Positions 7,825-17,878 of a stretch of DNA of 64,000 nt are shown here, in pieces (the first letter of the stretch is position 1; each line of letters begins with the position of its first letter). A program made the position numbers and the translations under genes. The notes beneath the pieces are model-generated. The model had not been told where the DNA came from, ran no database searches, and saw only the letters and a list, made by a program, of their open reading frames with translations. The DNA is from a virus, in the IMG/VR virus record IMGVR_UViG_3300043788_000023, positions 64,001 through 128,000 of that record; one strand, given 5' to 3'.

Positions 7825-10800
7825 TTACACCCTGCGACCCCATTGATATGTGACCGCCATGTTGGTGCCCGACTGCGTCTGTATCATATCGCAACCACCA
7901 GCCTGCGATACCAAGCCCGGCTGTGGTCCGCCGAACAGGACGAAACCGTACACCGGGTGAACACGGATGTAGCCGTTCTGGAACGTGGAGATGGTACCCG
8001 TGGGAATCTGGAGGAAGGTATACCATCCGAGAACTGGACTCAAGTTGCCGCCTTGATTGGCGTTGCCCGAACCGAGGAACTGTTGGCCGAGAGATGCGGG
8101 CGTCACTGTGGTGTCAATGGCGACAGACACGGCGTCGCATGAAAGCCCCATGTACTGGGAGTCAAAGCTGCCACGAGCCGGAGTGCCGTCCGAAGCCGAA
8201 CTGCTGCCCAGCCTTGCGGCGAACGTGCTGTCAATATCGCTGCGCTGGTAGTCCACGAACTGGAACGGGCCGATCCCGAGATAGAAACCGAACTGGAGCG
8301 GGGTGCCAGTCCATTGACCTGCTTGGAAGTTGTAGTACGGGTAGCCCGACTGGCAAGTGATGCGCACATTCGTGACGCCCGTCTGACGTGGGAACGTCCA
8401 GATACCGCCGTGGTGCGCACGCCAGATCGGCGTGATCGGAGTGTACGACACACCGAGATTGGTGCTGACCTCAAACGTCATACCACGCATGAAGGCAGGC
8501 GAGAGGGAAGAACCAGCGTTGTCGGTGGTGCCCAGCGTCTCCGGACCAAAGGCGAGTATCTCGCTGAAGTTCATCGTCGGTAGCATGACCGAACTGAACA
8601 GACGGAAATAACCTAGCGCCGTGTTGCCGTTAACCGTGTTTGAACGCAGGGCGTAGTAACGATAGCTGCCGAACGACGTGACATTTCCCGCCCACGTGCG
8701 TGTGATAGGAACGCTGCTGCGGGTGTCAATGGCGACCCACGTGCCGCCCGGAGGTCCGTTCGTGAAATCCGTCGCGCTGTTTGAACCGTAGAGCGTCCAA
8801 CCACTCATGGTGTTATTGCTTTGACCAGGAAGAACCACGCCTTGGTTGAACTCGTACGACTTGGCAATCTGGGCTGCGCCGAGGTCTATGGCGATCCACT
8901 GCCCGGCACCGCCGTTGGAAATCCACTGACCGTAGCCGTTGAACATCCACGGGCAGCCGTTGAAGGCGAAAAACGGCGTAGTAAAACTGGCTTGTGACGA
9001 GCTTGCGCTGAACACCTGACCAGCTTGGTTAGGGCGATTCAAGATGGTGGTCGGGTCTGGGTGGCTTACCGTCATCACGCACTGCACCGCATTGTTCTGC
9101 GCGACACCGCTGGTGACCATCGGCCAAATACCGCACGATCCGAAGGAGTCTTGCCCCGCGATAAAGCCTGCGGGTAGGGAAGTCACGGGCAGCAAGGTCA
9201 TCGGGTTGGTAAACGATGTGGGGAACGTGATGTTCGCCGGACCGAAGGCATCCGGCAGATACACTGTCGGGATGACCTGATTCACGGCGGTCACGGGTAT
9301 GCTGGACTGCGTCACGTTGAACGTCTGCCCCGCGAACATAGACCAAACGTACCGTGCCTTGCGGACATACTTGGTGTTGCCCCAAGCCACGTTGATCGTG
9401 AACCACTCAAACTGGTGGAATGTTGAACCAGCAGTCTGACCGAACTGAGCGACAAGACCGTACGGCAGGTTGACGTTCACTCCCGCCGTTGATGGCACGG
9501 GAGCGGCGTTTGAGACCGCGTCAGCATAATTATCCGCCATCGTGAACGCAGAGCCGTTCCACTTGAAGTAAGTGGGCAGGAAGAAAGTGCTCTGCTCCAT
9601 GTTGTGACCGAAAGTTTGAAACCCTCCAGGCCCGATATTGGACGCTGGTCGCATACCGTACTCGCCTACTTCACCTACGAACTGGATGCCATTGACGTCC
9701 ACGCCTCCGTGGATGGCAACAGGGACATAGTTGTCTGTAAACGATCCGAGGATAGAATAAGCGTCAACGAAAGTGACTCCTTGCCCGTTAGCCACATCAG
9801 GAACGAATGCCAAGTCTTGTCCTATGTCAATGACGTTGCCGCTGTTGTCCTTGGTGTTCGTGTGAATGACGCTCATCGTGCCGACGACGGTCTGGTTCCA
9901 CTTCGTGAGATTCCAGCTTGGGGGAGCCATCCAGAATATGGCCGAAGACGGGTTAGTGCCGTCTGAGTTCTGAGAAGTGAAGTTATATTCAAAATTGAAC
10001 CAGAACAGAGTGCGGTCGTCCGTCACCGACTTGCGGATTTGCAAGGGGGTTGGGGTTATCGGCGCTCCGGCAGGGAAGATGCCGAGGTGGGTCGCGTTGC
10101 CTGTGTCGCCCGCAGGACCGTAGTCTGCGTGTGCTGTCGGATCGGTGAATTCAAACTGCGAATTGGACAGCCCAGTGCCCGATACGGTCACGGTCAGACC
10201 GTTGAGCCAGATCGCATTGCTGATTCCGGCGAGGGTAACCTGCTGCCCCACCCGGAAATAGTTCGTCGCCTGAACCGTCACGACAGTGGCAGTCTCGCTG
10301 ATGCTGGTGATCGGGGCATTCGTTACACCGACCCACGTCACGTTTGAGTTTGAGATGGTGCCGAGTGGCTGCGAACCGTCAATGACGAACAGCTTGTCGT
10401 TGCGGTAGTTGCACTGCACCAAGATGACGGGCTGTCCGCTGACGGAGGTGGTCTGCGCAACGTCGTACAGGGAGCAACTGAACTGCGGCTCATAGTTGAG
10501 AAACTGGTCTGTTGAGGTATTGACATTGCCACCAGCGCCGAATCCTGGTAACCCGTAGCTGAAGTTTACACCGCCACCGCCCGTGATCTGGCTTGTGTTC
10601 CACGTGTTCGTGCTTGGGTTGTACAGCATCACCTGCCATTCAATGTCCGTCGCGGTGCCGCTGTCCGGCGTAGAGGCGTAGTTCGCGTGCGTGAAAGCAG
10701 CCTCAAACTGACCACCATTTAGCCCGGTGCTCAGAATTTGAAATCCATGACCGTTGAGAAACGACGCTCCTGTGAGACCGTTAACGTAGACGACCTCTCC

Positions 10801-12966
10801 CATTGCGAAATTGTTGGTTGCCGTGAACGTAACAACATTGCTCGTGAGAGACACGTTCGTGATGTTGGCGATGCCCATGTTGGACACGGTTGTGCCGACG
10901 ACGTTGACGTTCTCAACCGCAAAGGCGAAATCGCCGTTGCGGAGCTTTATCATCTCGCTCAAGCTGCGGGCATTATGGCGGGACTGGAACGCTGGGAAGG
11001 ATGCGGAACCCCAAGTACCGGGCACAATGCTGTATGGTGTCACACCCACCTTGCCTGGAGTGCCGGAAAGGTCGGTTGAGGAGTTCAACGGGTTCGTTCC
11101 CATTGAACCAGTCATGGCGTAAACAGTGGCGAACCCTGTGCGGATGCGGCACGCGCCGTACGCCGCCCCGGATGAAAGCGCCGGAGCATTTGAGAGAGCG
11201 GTCACGTTGCTGTTGATCACGTTTGAATCAAATAGTGCGAGATGCCCGTTTTCCGAAATGAAGTAAATCTTGCTCTTGTTCAGTCCGTAGTTCGTCCACG
11301 TCACACCACCGTCGCCGGGGGTCGTGCCAGTGTAGGTCTTGTTGAACGTCGGTATGCCGCCACCGCTGGTGCCGGGCGTGGTGACGACTTGGATGTAGCC
11401 ATTGGGGTCAAGGATCGCCTGACCCACGATGTAAGGATTGCCGGACGCCCACGGAGTCGTCTCGCTCCACACCGCAGCCCCAGCGATGCGGAAGCCCTGT
11501 GCCCACGTACCGGAGTTCCATGTGTCAAGGAGGTCAATGAAAACCAACGGATATAGAGATGCCTTGTTTGTGAAGATAGCGAACTTGGTCTCTTGAACGT
11601 ACAGTTCGTACTCATCGTTTATGTGCAGCGACGCATTGTTGCGGACACGGATGTCCGTCTGGTAAGCTGCCAGATTCGGGGCGCTGTCCGCTGGCGAGGC
11701 GAAGCCGTATGCGTTGCCATACACGAAACCCAAGTCTTGCCACACCAATGCGCCCGTGCCGTCAGTTGAGAACTGGTAGCTGCCGAAGTCGGGCGCGTTG
11801 AGCCAATTGACGCTGAAAGCGCCAGTGGGCCAAGTGCCGTTGACACCCGAGGTTCCCGCCGTCGTGACCTTCTCTATGTGTGCGAACCTGTCAAGAATTT
11901 CATAGTTGAGCGGGTACGCATGACTCGGTATCCACTCAAACTGGTTCGTCTGCGGTGCTCGGGAGGTCGGGCAGTCAGCAATTGCAGTAACGCTGAACAC
12001 ACGATCCGCAGCCGCCACATTGTTAGCGCCTCCGGGACCGGAGGGGTTAGCGAAGGGCGCTCCGGGGTAGGGGGTCTGATCTTCGTAGTACGGGTAGGCG
12101 TACGACATCGCCGATCCGTCCAGTATGCGTCCCCAGAATATGCTCAGTGCGCGGCTACCGAACTTGCGATTGTTTGACGCTGCGTAGAAGTCGTCAGGCA
12201 GAGCGTTGAACGGGTAGCCGTATTGGTCATTGCGGAAAACGGCGCGGGAGCCAGAAGCGAACGAGCAGCCGAGACCGCAGCTTAGGATGGTTTGCGTCAT
12301 CTGCTGCGTCGGACGCATCTCAACGTGGAAGCTCACGTTACCGGAACCGATGTTGTTTGTCGGACTGTCAATCTGGGCGACAAACATCGCAGGGTTGGTG
12401 TAGGGTGTGCGGCTGTACGCCGACGAGTTCAGCGTTATTGATGCGGTCGCGTCAACGGGGAGGTTGTTCTGGTCACGCCACTGGTTCGCAGTAGAGTTGG
12501 GGATAGGCCCGTTGGCGATGGTGACCGAGTTGCCGTGCCCGTAGGTCGGCTCGTAGTCCACCGCGCTCACCTGCGTCGGCGAAGTGATCGGGCCGGGATT
12601 TATATCAAACGTGTAATCAAGGTTGCCGTAGCCACCCACGAAGCTGCCGATGTAGCCGTAGTTTACGTTCTGGTCGCTGGTCAGGACGGCACGGACGAAG
12701 TAACCACCGTTCGGGCGACCCGCAATGCCGAAGCCGTTCGGCTGCGACCAAGAATCACCGCCAACACCAGCAGGATACGGCGTGGTGTTGTTCTGCGTAG
12801 AGGAAGACCAGATGCCGCAGATTTTCGTGTAACGGGCCAAGTTGCCGTTGATGTTGTCGGGCAACAGCGGATACTCTGAAGCGAACACACCCGCGTTGGC
12901 GGGGTGCGACCCAGTGCCGAACAGGTCGCCGTTGATCTGAGCTACTTGGAAAATGTTTACAGCCAT
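7825..12966 (-). CDS. large tail fibre/receptor-binding-like protein (1713 aa) with carbohydrate-binding-like modules and F5/8-discoidin-like domain
   Basis: G/S/T/N-rich; two W..Y..ILD..TT.GTSG repeats, two ~70-aa beta modules, QWIAIDLG...WTLYGSN...YRYY discoidin pattern. Confidence 0.65.
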   Translation of the reverse strand: MAVNIFQVAQINGDLFGTGSHPANAGVFASEYPLLPDNINGNLARYTKICGIWSSSTQNNTTPYPAGVGGDSWSQPNGFGIAGRPNGGYFVRAVLTSDQNVNYGYIGSFVGGYGNLDYTFDINPGPITSPTQVSAVDYEPTYGHGNSVTIANGPIPNSTANQWRDQNNLPVDATASITLNSSAYSRTPYTNPAMFVAQIDSPTNNIGSGNVSFHVEMRPTQQMTQTILSCGLGCSFASGSRAVFRNDQYGYPFNALPDDFYAASNNRKFGSRALSIFWGRILDGSAMSYAYPYYEDQTPYPGAPFANPSGPGGANNVAAADRVFSVTAIADCPTSRAPQTNQFEWIPSHAYPLNYEILDRFAHIEKVTTAGTSGVNGTWPTGAFSVNWLNAPDFGSYQFSTDGTGALVWQDLGFVYGNAYGFASPADSAPNLAAYQTDIRVRNNASLHINDEYELYVQETKFAIFTNKASLYPLVFIDLLDTWNSGTWAQGFRIAGAAVWSETTPWASGNPYIVGQAILDPNGYIQVVTTPGTSGGGIPTFNKTYTGTTPGDGGVTWTNYGLNKSKIYFISENGHLALFDSNVINSNVTALSNAPALSSGAAYGACRIRTGFATVYAMTGSMGTNPLNSSTDLSGTPGKVGVTPYSIVPGTWGSASFPAFQSRHNARSLSEMIKLRNGDFAFAVENVNVVGTTVSNMGIANITNVSLTSNVVTFTATNNFAMGEVVYVNGLTGASFLNGHGFQILSTGLNGGQFEAAFTHANYASTPDSGTATDIEWQVMLYNPSTNTWNTSQITGGGGVNFSYGLPGFGAGGNVNTSTDQFLNYEPQFSCSLYDVAQTTSVSGQPVILVQCNYRNDKLFVIDGSQPLGTISNSNVTWVGVTNAPITSISETATVVTVQATNYFRVGQQVTLAGISNAIWLNGLTVTVSGTGLSNSQFEFTDPTAHADYGPAGDTGNATHLGIFPAGAPITPTPLQIRKSVTDDRTLFWFNFEYNFTSQNSDGTNPSSAIFWMAPPSWNLTKWNQTVVGTMSVIHTNTKDNSGNVIDIGQDLAFVPDVANGQGVTFVDAYSILGSFTDNYVPVAIHGGVDVNGIQFVGEVGEYGMRPASNIGPGGFQTFGHNMEQSTFFLPTYFKWNGSAFTMADNYADAVSNAAPVPSTAGVNVNLPYGLVAQFGQTAGSTFHQFEWFTINVAWGNTKYVRKARYVWSMFAGQTFNVTQSSIPVTAVNQVIPTVYLPDAFGPANITFPTSFTNPMTLLPVTSLPAGFIAGQDSFGSCGIWPMVTSGVAQNNAVQCVMTVSHPDPTTILNRPNQAGQVFSASSSQASFTTPFFAFNGCPWMFNGYGQWISNGGAGQWIAIDLGAAQIAKSYEFNQGVVLPGQSNNTMSGWTLYGSNSATDFTNGPPGGTWVAIDTRSSVPITRTWAGNVTSFGSYRYYALRSNTVNGNTALGYFRLFSSVMLPTMNFSEILAFGPETLGTTDNAGSSLSPAFMRGMTFEVSTNLGVSYTPITPIWRAHHGGIWTFPRQTGVTNVRITCQSGYPYYNFQAGQWTGTPLQFGFYLGIGPFQFVDYQRSDIDSTFAARLGSSSASDGTPARGSFDSQYMGLSCDAVSVAIDTTVTPASLGQQFLGSGNANQGGNLSPVLGWYTFLQIPTGTISTFQNGYIRVHPVYGFVLFGGPQPGLVSQAGGCDMIQTQSGTNMAVTYQWGRRV

Positions 12967-13535
12967 TATGCTGCTCCTACCACGGAGATGAAGTAAGACA
13001 GTTCAAGGATGTCTGGTACTCCGCCCGGCACAAATCCATGCACGAGGAACGAGGTCGGCAGGACAACGAGTGTCTCCGGGCAAAAATTGATTTGAACGCT
13101 GTTGGCGATTCCGTACAGGTGCCCGTCAAATTGATCGTTCTGCATGCCCGTGAGACCGACCGCCTTGAGTTGCAGGTCGTTGGGAAGGTTGTTCCACGAG
13201 TAGAACAGCTTCCAACGGTACTGCGTCGCCGAACTCGGACCAGTGAGGGTTTTTCCCTGCCACAGCGGTTGCGTAGAACCACCCACTATTGAGTTGCTCA
13301 CCGTGCAGGTGTATGGTGCCCACGGGTTGCGTGCGTCCCATCCGGGGTAGCTCGCCCACTCTGCACCGTCAGGCAGGAGGAACGCGACAGGCAAGCCGCC
13401 GTTCGTAAAAGTGTTGTCAAAGATGCGGTTGGTGGTGACGATAAAATCGTCGGAGACGGCGTTGTCCTTGGTGTACTGGTGCAGGATTTCGCCCTCCTGA
13501 GACTTCACGACTATTTCCAGTCGGTTGTTATACAT
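12966..13535 (-). CDS. putative baseplate/tail structural protein (MYNNRLEIVVK...)
   Basis: Start moved to ATG 13535 (AAGGA upstream) to avoid overlap; coupled to downstream gene. Confidence 0.5.
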   Translation of the reverse strand: MYNNRLEIVVKSQEGEILHQYTKDNAVSDDFIVTTNRIFDNTFTNGGLPVAFLLPDGAEWASYPGWDARNPWAPYTCTVSNSIVGGSTQPLWQGKTLTGPSSATQYRWKLFYSWNNLPNDLQLKAVGLTGMQNDQFDGHLYGIANSVQINFCPETLVVLPTSFLVHGFVPGGVPDILELSYFISVVGAA

Positions 13536-13548
13536 CGAGTCTGATCCT

Positions 13549-14877
13549 TTATCCGTAAACCGTGCAAGCAGCGTTTCCGCCCGGCAATTCTGTTGGCGGC
13601 TGACCGACGACGGGCGTGACAAGCTGCCCAAACCCTATGGTGTCACTGGTAATACTGCCTAGCGCGACGAACCCGGCTCTTCCGCCTACACTACAGGTTG
13701 CTGAAGTCGGTCCTTCCTGAAGGGGCGTCGTAGGCTGTCCGGTGACAGGTACTTGGAGACCCGGATAGTCTATAAAGTCCCCAAGGGAGGGGGGTGTCGG
13801 AAGTACTAGAACCAAAAAGCGTTGCGTTGAACTGAAGGACGCCGTGGCGTCTCCCGTCATGAACCCCGTCGCGTACTGTCCGGCGTTCAAATCCATGACG
13901 TCGGAGGGGGCGATCAGGAACCCGAGGTGTCCTTGGGTAGAATCAAAAGCCAAGCTCGGTCCCATCATGCTTTCTTCGTGGTCGTTCGGGTTGCTCGGGT
14001 TGCGTGGGTTGAAGAACGCACCGATGGTGGCGGAGTACTGGAACTGGAGAATGCCTACGTTGGAATCCGTGAAGCCGCTGGATGCAAACGTGGTGTTCCA
14101 GTCCTCAATCAGTGTCCACGTCGGGTTCGGTCCGAGGGGGCTGCGATAGAGACGGAAAAAGTTCGTCGTGTTCGGAAGGTTGGTTATCCACGTCGGGTCC
14201 GGCTGTAACAGGACGCTGTACGTGTTGGTGGTCACGTTGAAGAAAATGATGTTGTGCGCCAAGTACGGCGGGTCAAACTGGTTCCTGACGAATACCGTCG
14301 CCATGTTTGAGTTGGGCACCTCAAAGATGAGGTTGTCGTTCAGCAACCCGGCTGCCGCCCCAGAGTCAGACGTGATGGCGAATGGACTGCTCGTGGCAAT
14401 CGGGATGATTTCGTTCGGGGGCCATACGTTTATGTCCAGCACCCTAACGATCAACCTGCTCAAGAAGTCAAAGATCAGGATGAACTGGTTGAAGGACGCG
14501 GTTCCGCTGTCAGCAGGATTGCTATAGTTCCCGTGTGTGAAAGCTGCTGTGAACGAGGTAGACGTGGCGGTCGCGATCGTGACGACTTGTCCATTCAAGA
14601 AACCCTCGGCAGTGCCGTTTAGGGTGACTGTCTCTCCCACCAAAAAGGAATTGTTGCATGTCACAGTCAGTGTGTTGGCGGTTACCGATGTGGCTGTGAT
14701 GTTCACCGAGACGGCGCTGTACGCTTCCACGGAAGGAGACGTGCCGGGACCGACGAAGAACCAGTTGTCTGGAACGCCCGGCTGCACGGAACCATCCGGG
14801 TTGTGGATGGCACGAGGCAGACGGGTGACGTAGACACCGCCATTTAACTCTTTGCAAGCTAGGAGCCACGTGGACAT
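13549..14877 (-). CDS. virion structural protein with inserted ~70-aa beta module
   Basis: Shares module with 6236-7177 and 7825-12966; TAATG coupling. Confidence 0.55.
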   Translation of the reverse strand: MSTWLLACKELNGGVYVTRLPRAIHNPDGSVQPGVPDNWFFVGPGTSPSVEAYSAVSVNITATSVTANTLTVTCNNSFLVGETVTLNGTAEGFLNGQVVTIATATSTSFTAAFTHGNYSNPADSGTASFNQFILIFDFLSRLIVRVLDINVWPPNEIIPIATSSPFAITSDSGAAAGLLNDNLIFEVPNSNMATVFVRNQFDPPYLAHNIIFFNVTTNTYSVLLQPDPTWITNLPNTTNFFRLYRSPLGPNPTWTLIEDWNTTFASSGFTDSNVGILQFQYSATIGAFFNPRNPSNPNDHEESMMGPSLAFDSTQGHLGFLIAPSDVMDLNAGQYATGFMTGDATASFSSTQRFLVLVLPTPPSLGDFIDYPGLQVPVTGQPTTPLQEGPTSATCSVGGRAGFVALGSITSDTIGFGQLVTPVVGQPPTELPGGNAACTVYG

Positions 14878-15212
14878 TAGATTCCGCCTCCGTCAATACC
14901 CGGCGAGTCACCCGGCGTAAGGTCAAAGAGCGGTGGGTTGGTCTGGAACTGGAACGGCGGCGACGGCACGTGGTGAACGATCTGGATCACACCAGTCAAG
15001 TTGATGGTGTTCTGCATGAAAAGTAGGTAGCGATTATTCGTCGCGTCAAACGAGAATGTCTGGATCACTTCACGCACGCCGTCCACATACACTTCAAGAT
15101 CACGACGTGGATCAAAATCACCAAGCGGGCCGTCTTGCACGAAGGGGCCGACGAACGGTGCGAGGACAAGCTGAATCCTGTTGGGGTAAGGCTGGTTGGT
15201 TTGTGCGAACAT
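14877..15212 (-). CDS. hypothetical (probably structural) protein
   Basis: 111-aa ORF, TGATG coupling. Confidence 0.55.
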   Translation of the reverse strand: MFAQTNQPYPNRIQLVLAPFVGPFVQDGPLGDFDPRRDLEVYVDGVREVIQTFSFDATNNRYLLFMQNTINLTGVIQIVHHVPSPPFQFQTNPPLFDLTPGDSPGIDGGGI

Positions 15213-16609
15213 CAGTCTTCCTCCGCCTCGTCCTCGTCGTATTCACGACCCTCTGAATCTTGCACTGCGTGCTTGAGTTCGTGGTAGATGCTCTTGCCGA
15301 TCTGGTCTTCGTATCCCCGGTGCGCTTCAAGGTCAATGAGAACGACAGGAAACCCACACGTGCCGTTGATATACATCGCTACTGCACCGAGATGAGAGAG
15401 ATCAATGTCCCAAAGTTCAAACGGTTCCTTGGTATTCGTATAGATTCCCTTGGCGATCTGTGTTGCCATCTTCGCAAGTTCTGGGTCGCTATTCTCTCGG
15501 GTCTCGTAATCCCACGAAGGCTGGTAATCGTGACTCTGATTATCTTCCGGCGCACGGAAGAGCAAGCCAGGCTCGTCTGCGTGTGCATGCTTTGAAGACT
15601 TCTTGCCGCCTTCTTCTGTCTCGTACGGCAGACCCTTGTGGATGTGCGGTTTGTTCTCTTTGTGAAGCTCCTCAATCTTTGATTCCTCTTCGTCCGTAAG
15701 CTCGTTGATGTCGGCGAGTTCCTGTTCTTCCTTGGGCTGGTAGTGCTTCGGCAGTTTTGACCACTCCGGCTCACGCTTCTTCGGAGCCTCATGCGGCTCG
15801 GTTGCGGGTTCTGTGCGCTGCACCTCTTCGGGCACCTGATCCTCAAGTTCCTTTTCGTGGATCATCCGTGCTTCCTCTTCGTTGCGGAGCGCATCCAGCA
15901 GCTTTTGCTTGATCTCTTTGTTCTTCGTCTTGCGGGCTTCGTCAATCTTCTGCTTCTTCTCCCCCCGTTCTTTCTGCTTCTGGAGAAGTTCGGGGTTATC
16001 TTCAACCTCCATCTTGCGGCGCTCAACCTCACGCTTGCGAAGGATGTTCACGACGTTGTGCTGCACGCTGGGCAGGATGCGCTCAAACACTGCGTGGATG
16101 TGCTTGCAGATGACGTAGTTTCCACGGAGGTCTAGGCGTTCCTTTGGAGCCTGAAGCTGCGGTCGGGCCGGACCGAGAAGACCATCACGCTGGTGCAAGT
16201 TCCACTGCGCTCCCCAGTAGAGGAACGCCGGGCACGAGCACTGGACTTGGATGTCAAGGTCTTTCGCCTTCTGTGATTCCTGTACCTTCGTGACATCAAA
16301 CTGTGTCCTGACATCGTGACCAGCAGGATCGCTGTCTTCCTTGTTGCACTTCACGTTGTAGTGGAGAAACAGAGCCTTCGGGTTTGAGTCAAGCAAACGT
16401 GGCGAGCAACCACCACGATACTTCTTGGAGAACTGGTTCGTTTGGCGGACAAGATCAGGCAGGGAAATCGCAGTCTTCACCGCACGATTGCCGACGCCAT
16501 CAACGACGTCCACGGCGGCGGAAAGCGGTATCGTCACGGAAGCACCCGTGATTTCGATGGGTTCCGAGTTTGCCGATTCTGCCATCAGGACTGGGGAAAC
16601 CCCGCTCAT
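15212..16609 (-). CDS. SWIM zinc-finger protein with C-terminal HExxH metallopeptidase-like segment
   Basis: CSCPAFLYWG...ICKHIHAV SWIM motif; C-terminal SIYHELKHA. Confidence 0.65.
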   Translation of the reverse strand: MSGVSPVLMAESANSEPIEITGASVTIPLSAAVDVVDGVGNRAVKTAISLPDLVRQTNQFSKKYRGGCSPRLLDSNPKALFLHYNVKCNKEDSDPAGHDVRTQFDVTKVQESQKAKDLDIQVQCSCPAFLYWGAQWNLHQRDGLLGPARPQLQAPKERLDLRGNYVICKHIHAVFERILPSVQHNVVNILRKREVERRKMEVEDNPELLQKQKERGEKKQKIDEARKTKNKEIKQKLLDALRNEEEARMIHEKELEDQVPEEVQRTEPATEPHEAPKKREPEWSKLPKHYQPKEEQELADINELTDEEESKIEELHKENKPHIHKGLPYETEEGGKKSSKHAHADEPGLLFRAPEDNQSHDYQPSWDYETRENSDPELAKMATQIAKGIYTNTKEPFELWDIDLSHLGAVAMYINGTCGFPVVLIDLEAHRGYEDQIGKSIYHELKHAVQDSEGREYDEDEAEED

Positions 16610-16644
16610 AGGCGCACTTTGCCCTCTGCTTTAGTAGCGGAAAG

Positions 16645-16971
16645 TCAATAGGCGAAGGGCGAATCATTGCCTTCGCCCCAGAACACCACACGCACGCTGG
16701 AGTTACAGTAGCCGAGGGCGGTCAGGTTGCGGGAGATGCGGACTTTGACGAACTTGCGGAACTCGCTCAAGGTCAGGCAGTCTTTGAGATTGTTGCAGTA
16801 CTCGCAGGCGGGTAGCAGGTTCTCGTCTCGGTTCTTGCCTCCCCGTGACCGGGGTGTAGCATGGTCTACAGTGAGGGCATCCGGGTCGGGCTTCACGCCA
16901 CAGTACCAGCAACGTCCGTCGCACTTGGCGGCGGCACGGTTCCACTGGTTCTTACGAGGTGTTCTTGACAC
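16645..16971 (-). CDS. HNH endonuclease
   Basis: CWYCG...TVDHATPRSRGG...NLLPACEYCNNLK. Confidence 0.9.
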   Translation of the reverse strand: MSRTPRKNQWNRAAAKCDGRCWYCGVKPDPDALTVDHATPRSRGGKNRDENLLPACEYCNNLKDCLTLSEFRKFVKVRISRNLTALGYCNSSVRVVFWGEGNDSPFAY

Positions 16972-17098
16972 GGCGGAAGCAGACCTTTAGTGGGATGCCT
17001 TTCGCAAGCTCGCGCTGGCAATCCTTACAGATGACCCAGTTAATGGGTTTGCCCAACCACTCGTGAGCTTTGTAGTAGAAGACGCAAAGGCGCTTCAC
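16952..17098 (-). CDS. small hypothetical protein (48 aa, MKRLCVFYYK...CKDC)
   Basis: Below ORF-track cut-off; GTGA overlap with upstream stop, fills gap. Confidence 0.4.
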   Translation of the reverse strand: MKRLCVFYYKAHEWLGKPINWVICKDCQRELAKGIPLKVCFRRVKNTS

Positions 17099-17292
17099 GC
17101 CGATGCCCCTTTCTCGTCAAGGGACACGTCCCACATCTCGGGGTCAAGGGTGTACGCCAAGTCCTCTTCGGACTCAACGATGAGAACCATCCCGGCGAAC
17201 AGGGTCTCAACTACCCGGCACCCGCTGGCTAGAAGCTCGGCGGCGTCACTCGGGCGTGGGGCATGCTTGGGTATCAGGCACCAGCGCTTCAT
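17095..17292 (-). CDS. hypothetical protein (65 aa)
   Basis: ATGA overlap with upstream gene. Confidence 0.55.
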   Translation of the reverse strand: MKRWCLIPKHAPRPSDAAELLASGCRVVETLFAGMVLIVESEEDLAYTLDPEMWDVSLDEKGASA

Positions 17293-17747
17293 ATTGTCTC
17301 GTCCTCAATCTCTTCAATGGGCTTCGGCTTGGGCTTAGACTTCTCCCGTTCGGTTACCAGAGCCTTGAGATGATCGGGTAGTTCCTCAAAGGGGACCTCG
17401 GTCGGTTCCACCTTCTTGCGCTTCTGCTCCACGGGGGTTGAGACGGGCTTGGGGGCTGGCTTAGGGTCTTCCCTCTTGGCAGCAGGCTTGGGAGCCTCCA
17501 CGGGCTTCTGAGGCGCTTTAGGAGCCACCTTGGCAGCCTGTTGGGTCATCTCTTCAATGAACCCGTTCTTCTGCATGGCGGCAAGTCCCAAAGTCGTCTG
17601 TTTCACGGCTTTAACCACTTCCCCGTTCCGGTACACCGTCAGCCTGTTGGCGTTGGATGTGTCGTGAACCAGAATATCACCAACTTTGACGAAAAATCCA
17701 AGGTCGGCGAAATGAACGGGGGACTTTACAAGGTACGATCTCTGCAT
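17289..17747 (-). CDS. hypothetical protein with Pro/Lys/Glu-rich C-terminus
   Basis: GGGAG RBS; follows capsid terminator. Confidence 0.6.
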   Translation of the reverse strand: MQRSYLVKSPVHFADLGFFVKVGDILVHDTSNANRLTVYRNGEVVKAVKQTTLGLAAMQKNGFIEEMTQQAAKVAPKAPQKPVEAPKPAAKREDPKPAPKPVSTPVEQKRKKVEPTEVPFEELPDHLKALVTEREKSKPKPKPIEEIEDETI

Positions 17748-17820
17748 CCGGGTCTCCCTAGTAGGTTAAATACTCAATAAAGAAAGGAAAATTGGGGAAA
17801 CGGAGAAAGGGAGGCGGGTA

Positions 17821-17854
17821 AAAAGCAAAAGGGCTGCCTTTTGGGCAGCCCTTT
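17821..17854 (-). terminator. Rho-independent terminator after major capsid gene
   Basis: AAAGGGCTGCC/GGCAGCCCTTT stem followed by T-tract on minus strand. Confidence 0.85.
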
Positions 17855-17878
17855 CGGTAAACCAGTGGTACGAGAGGT

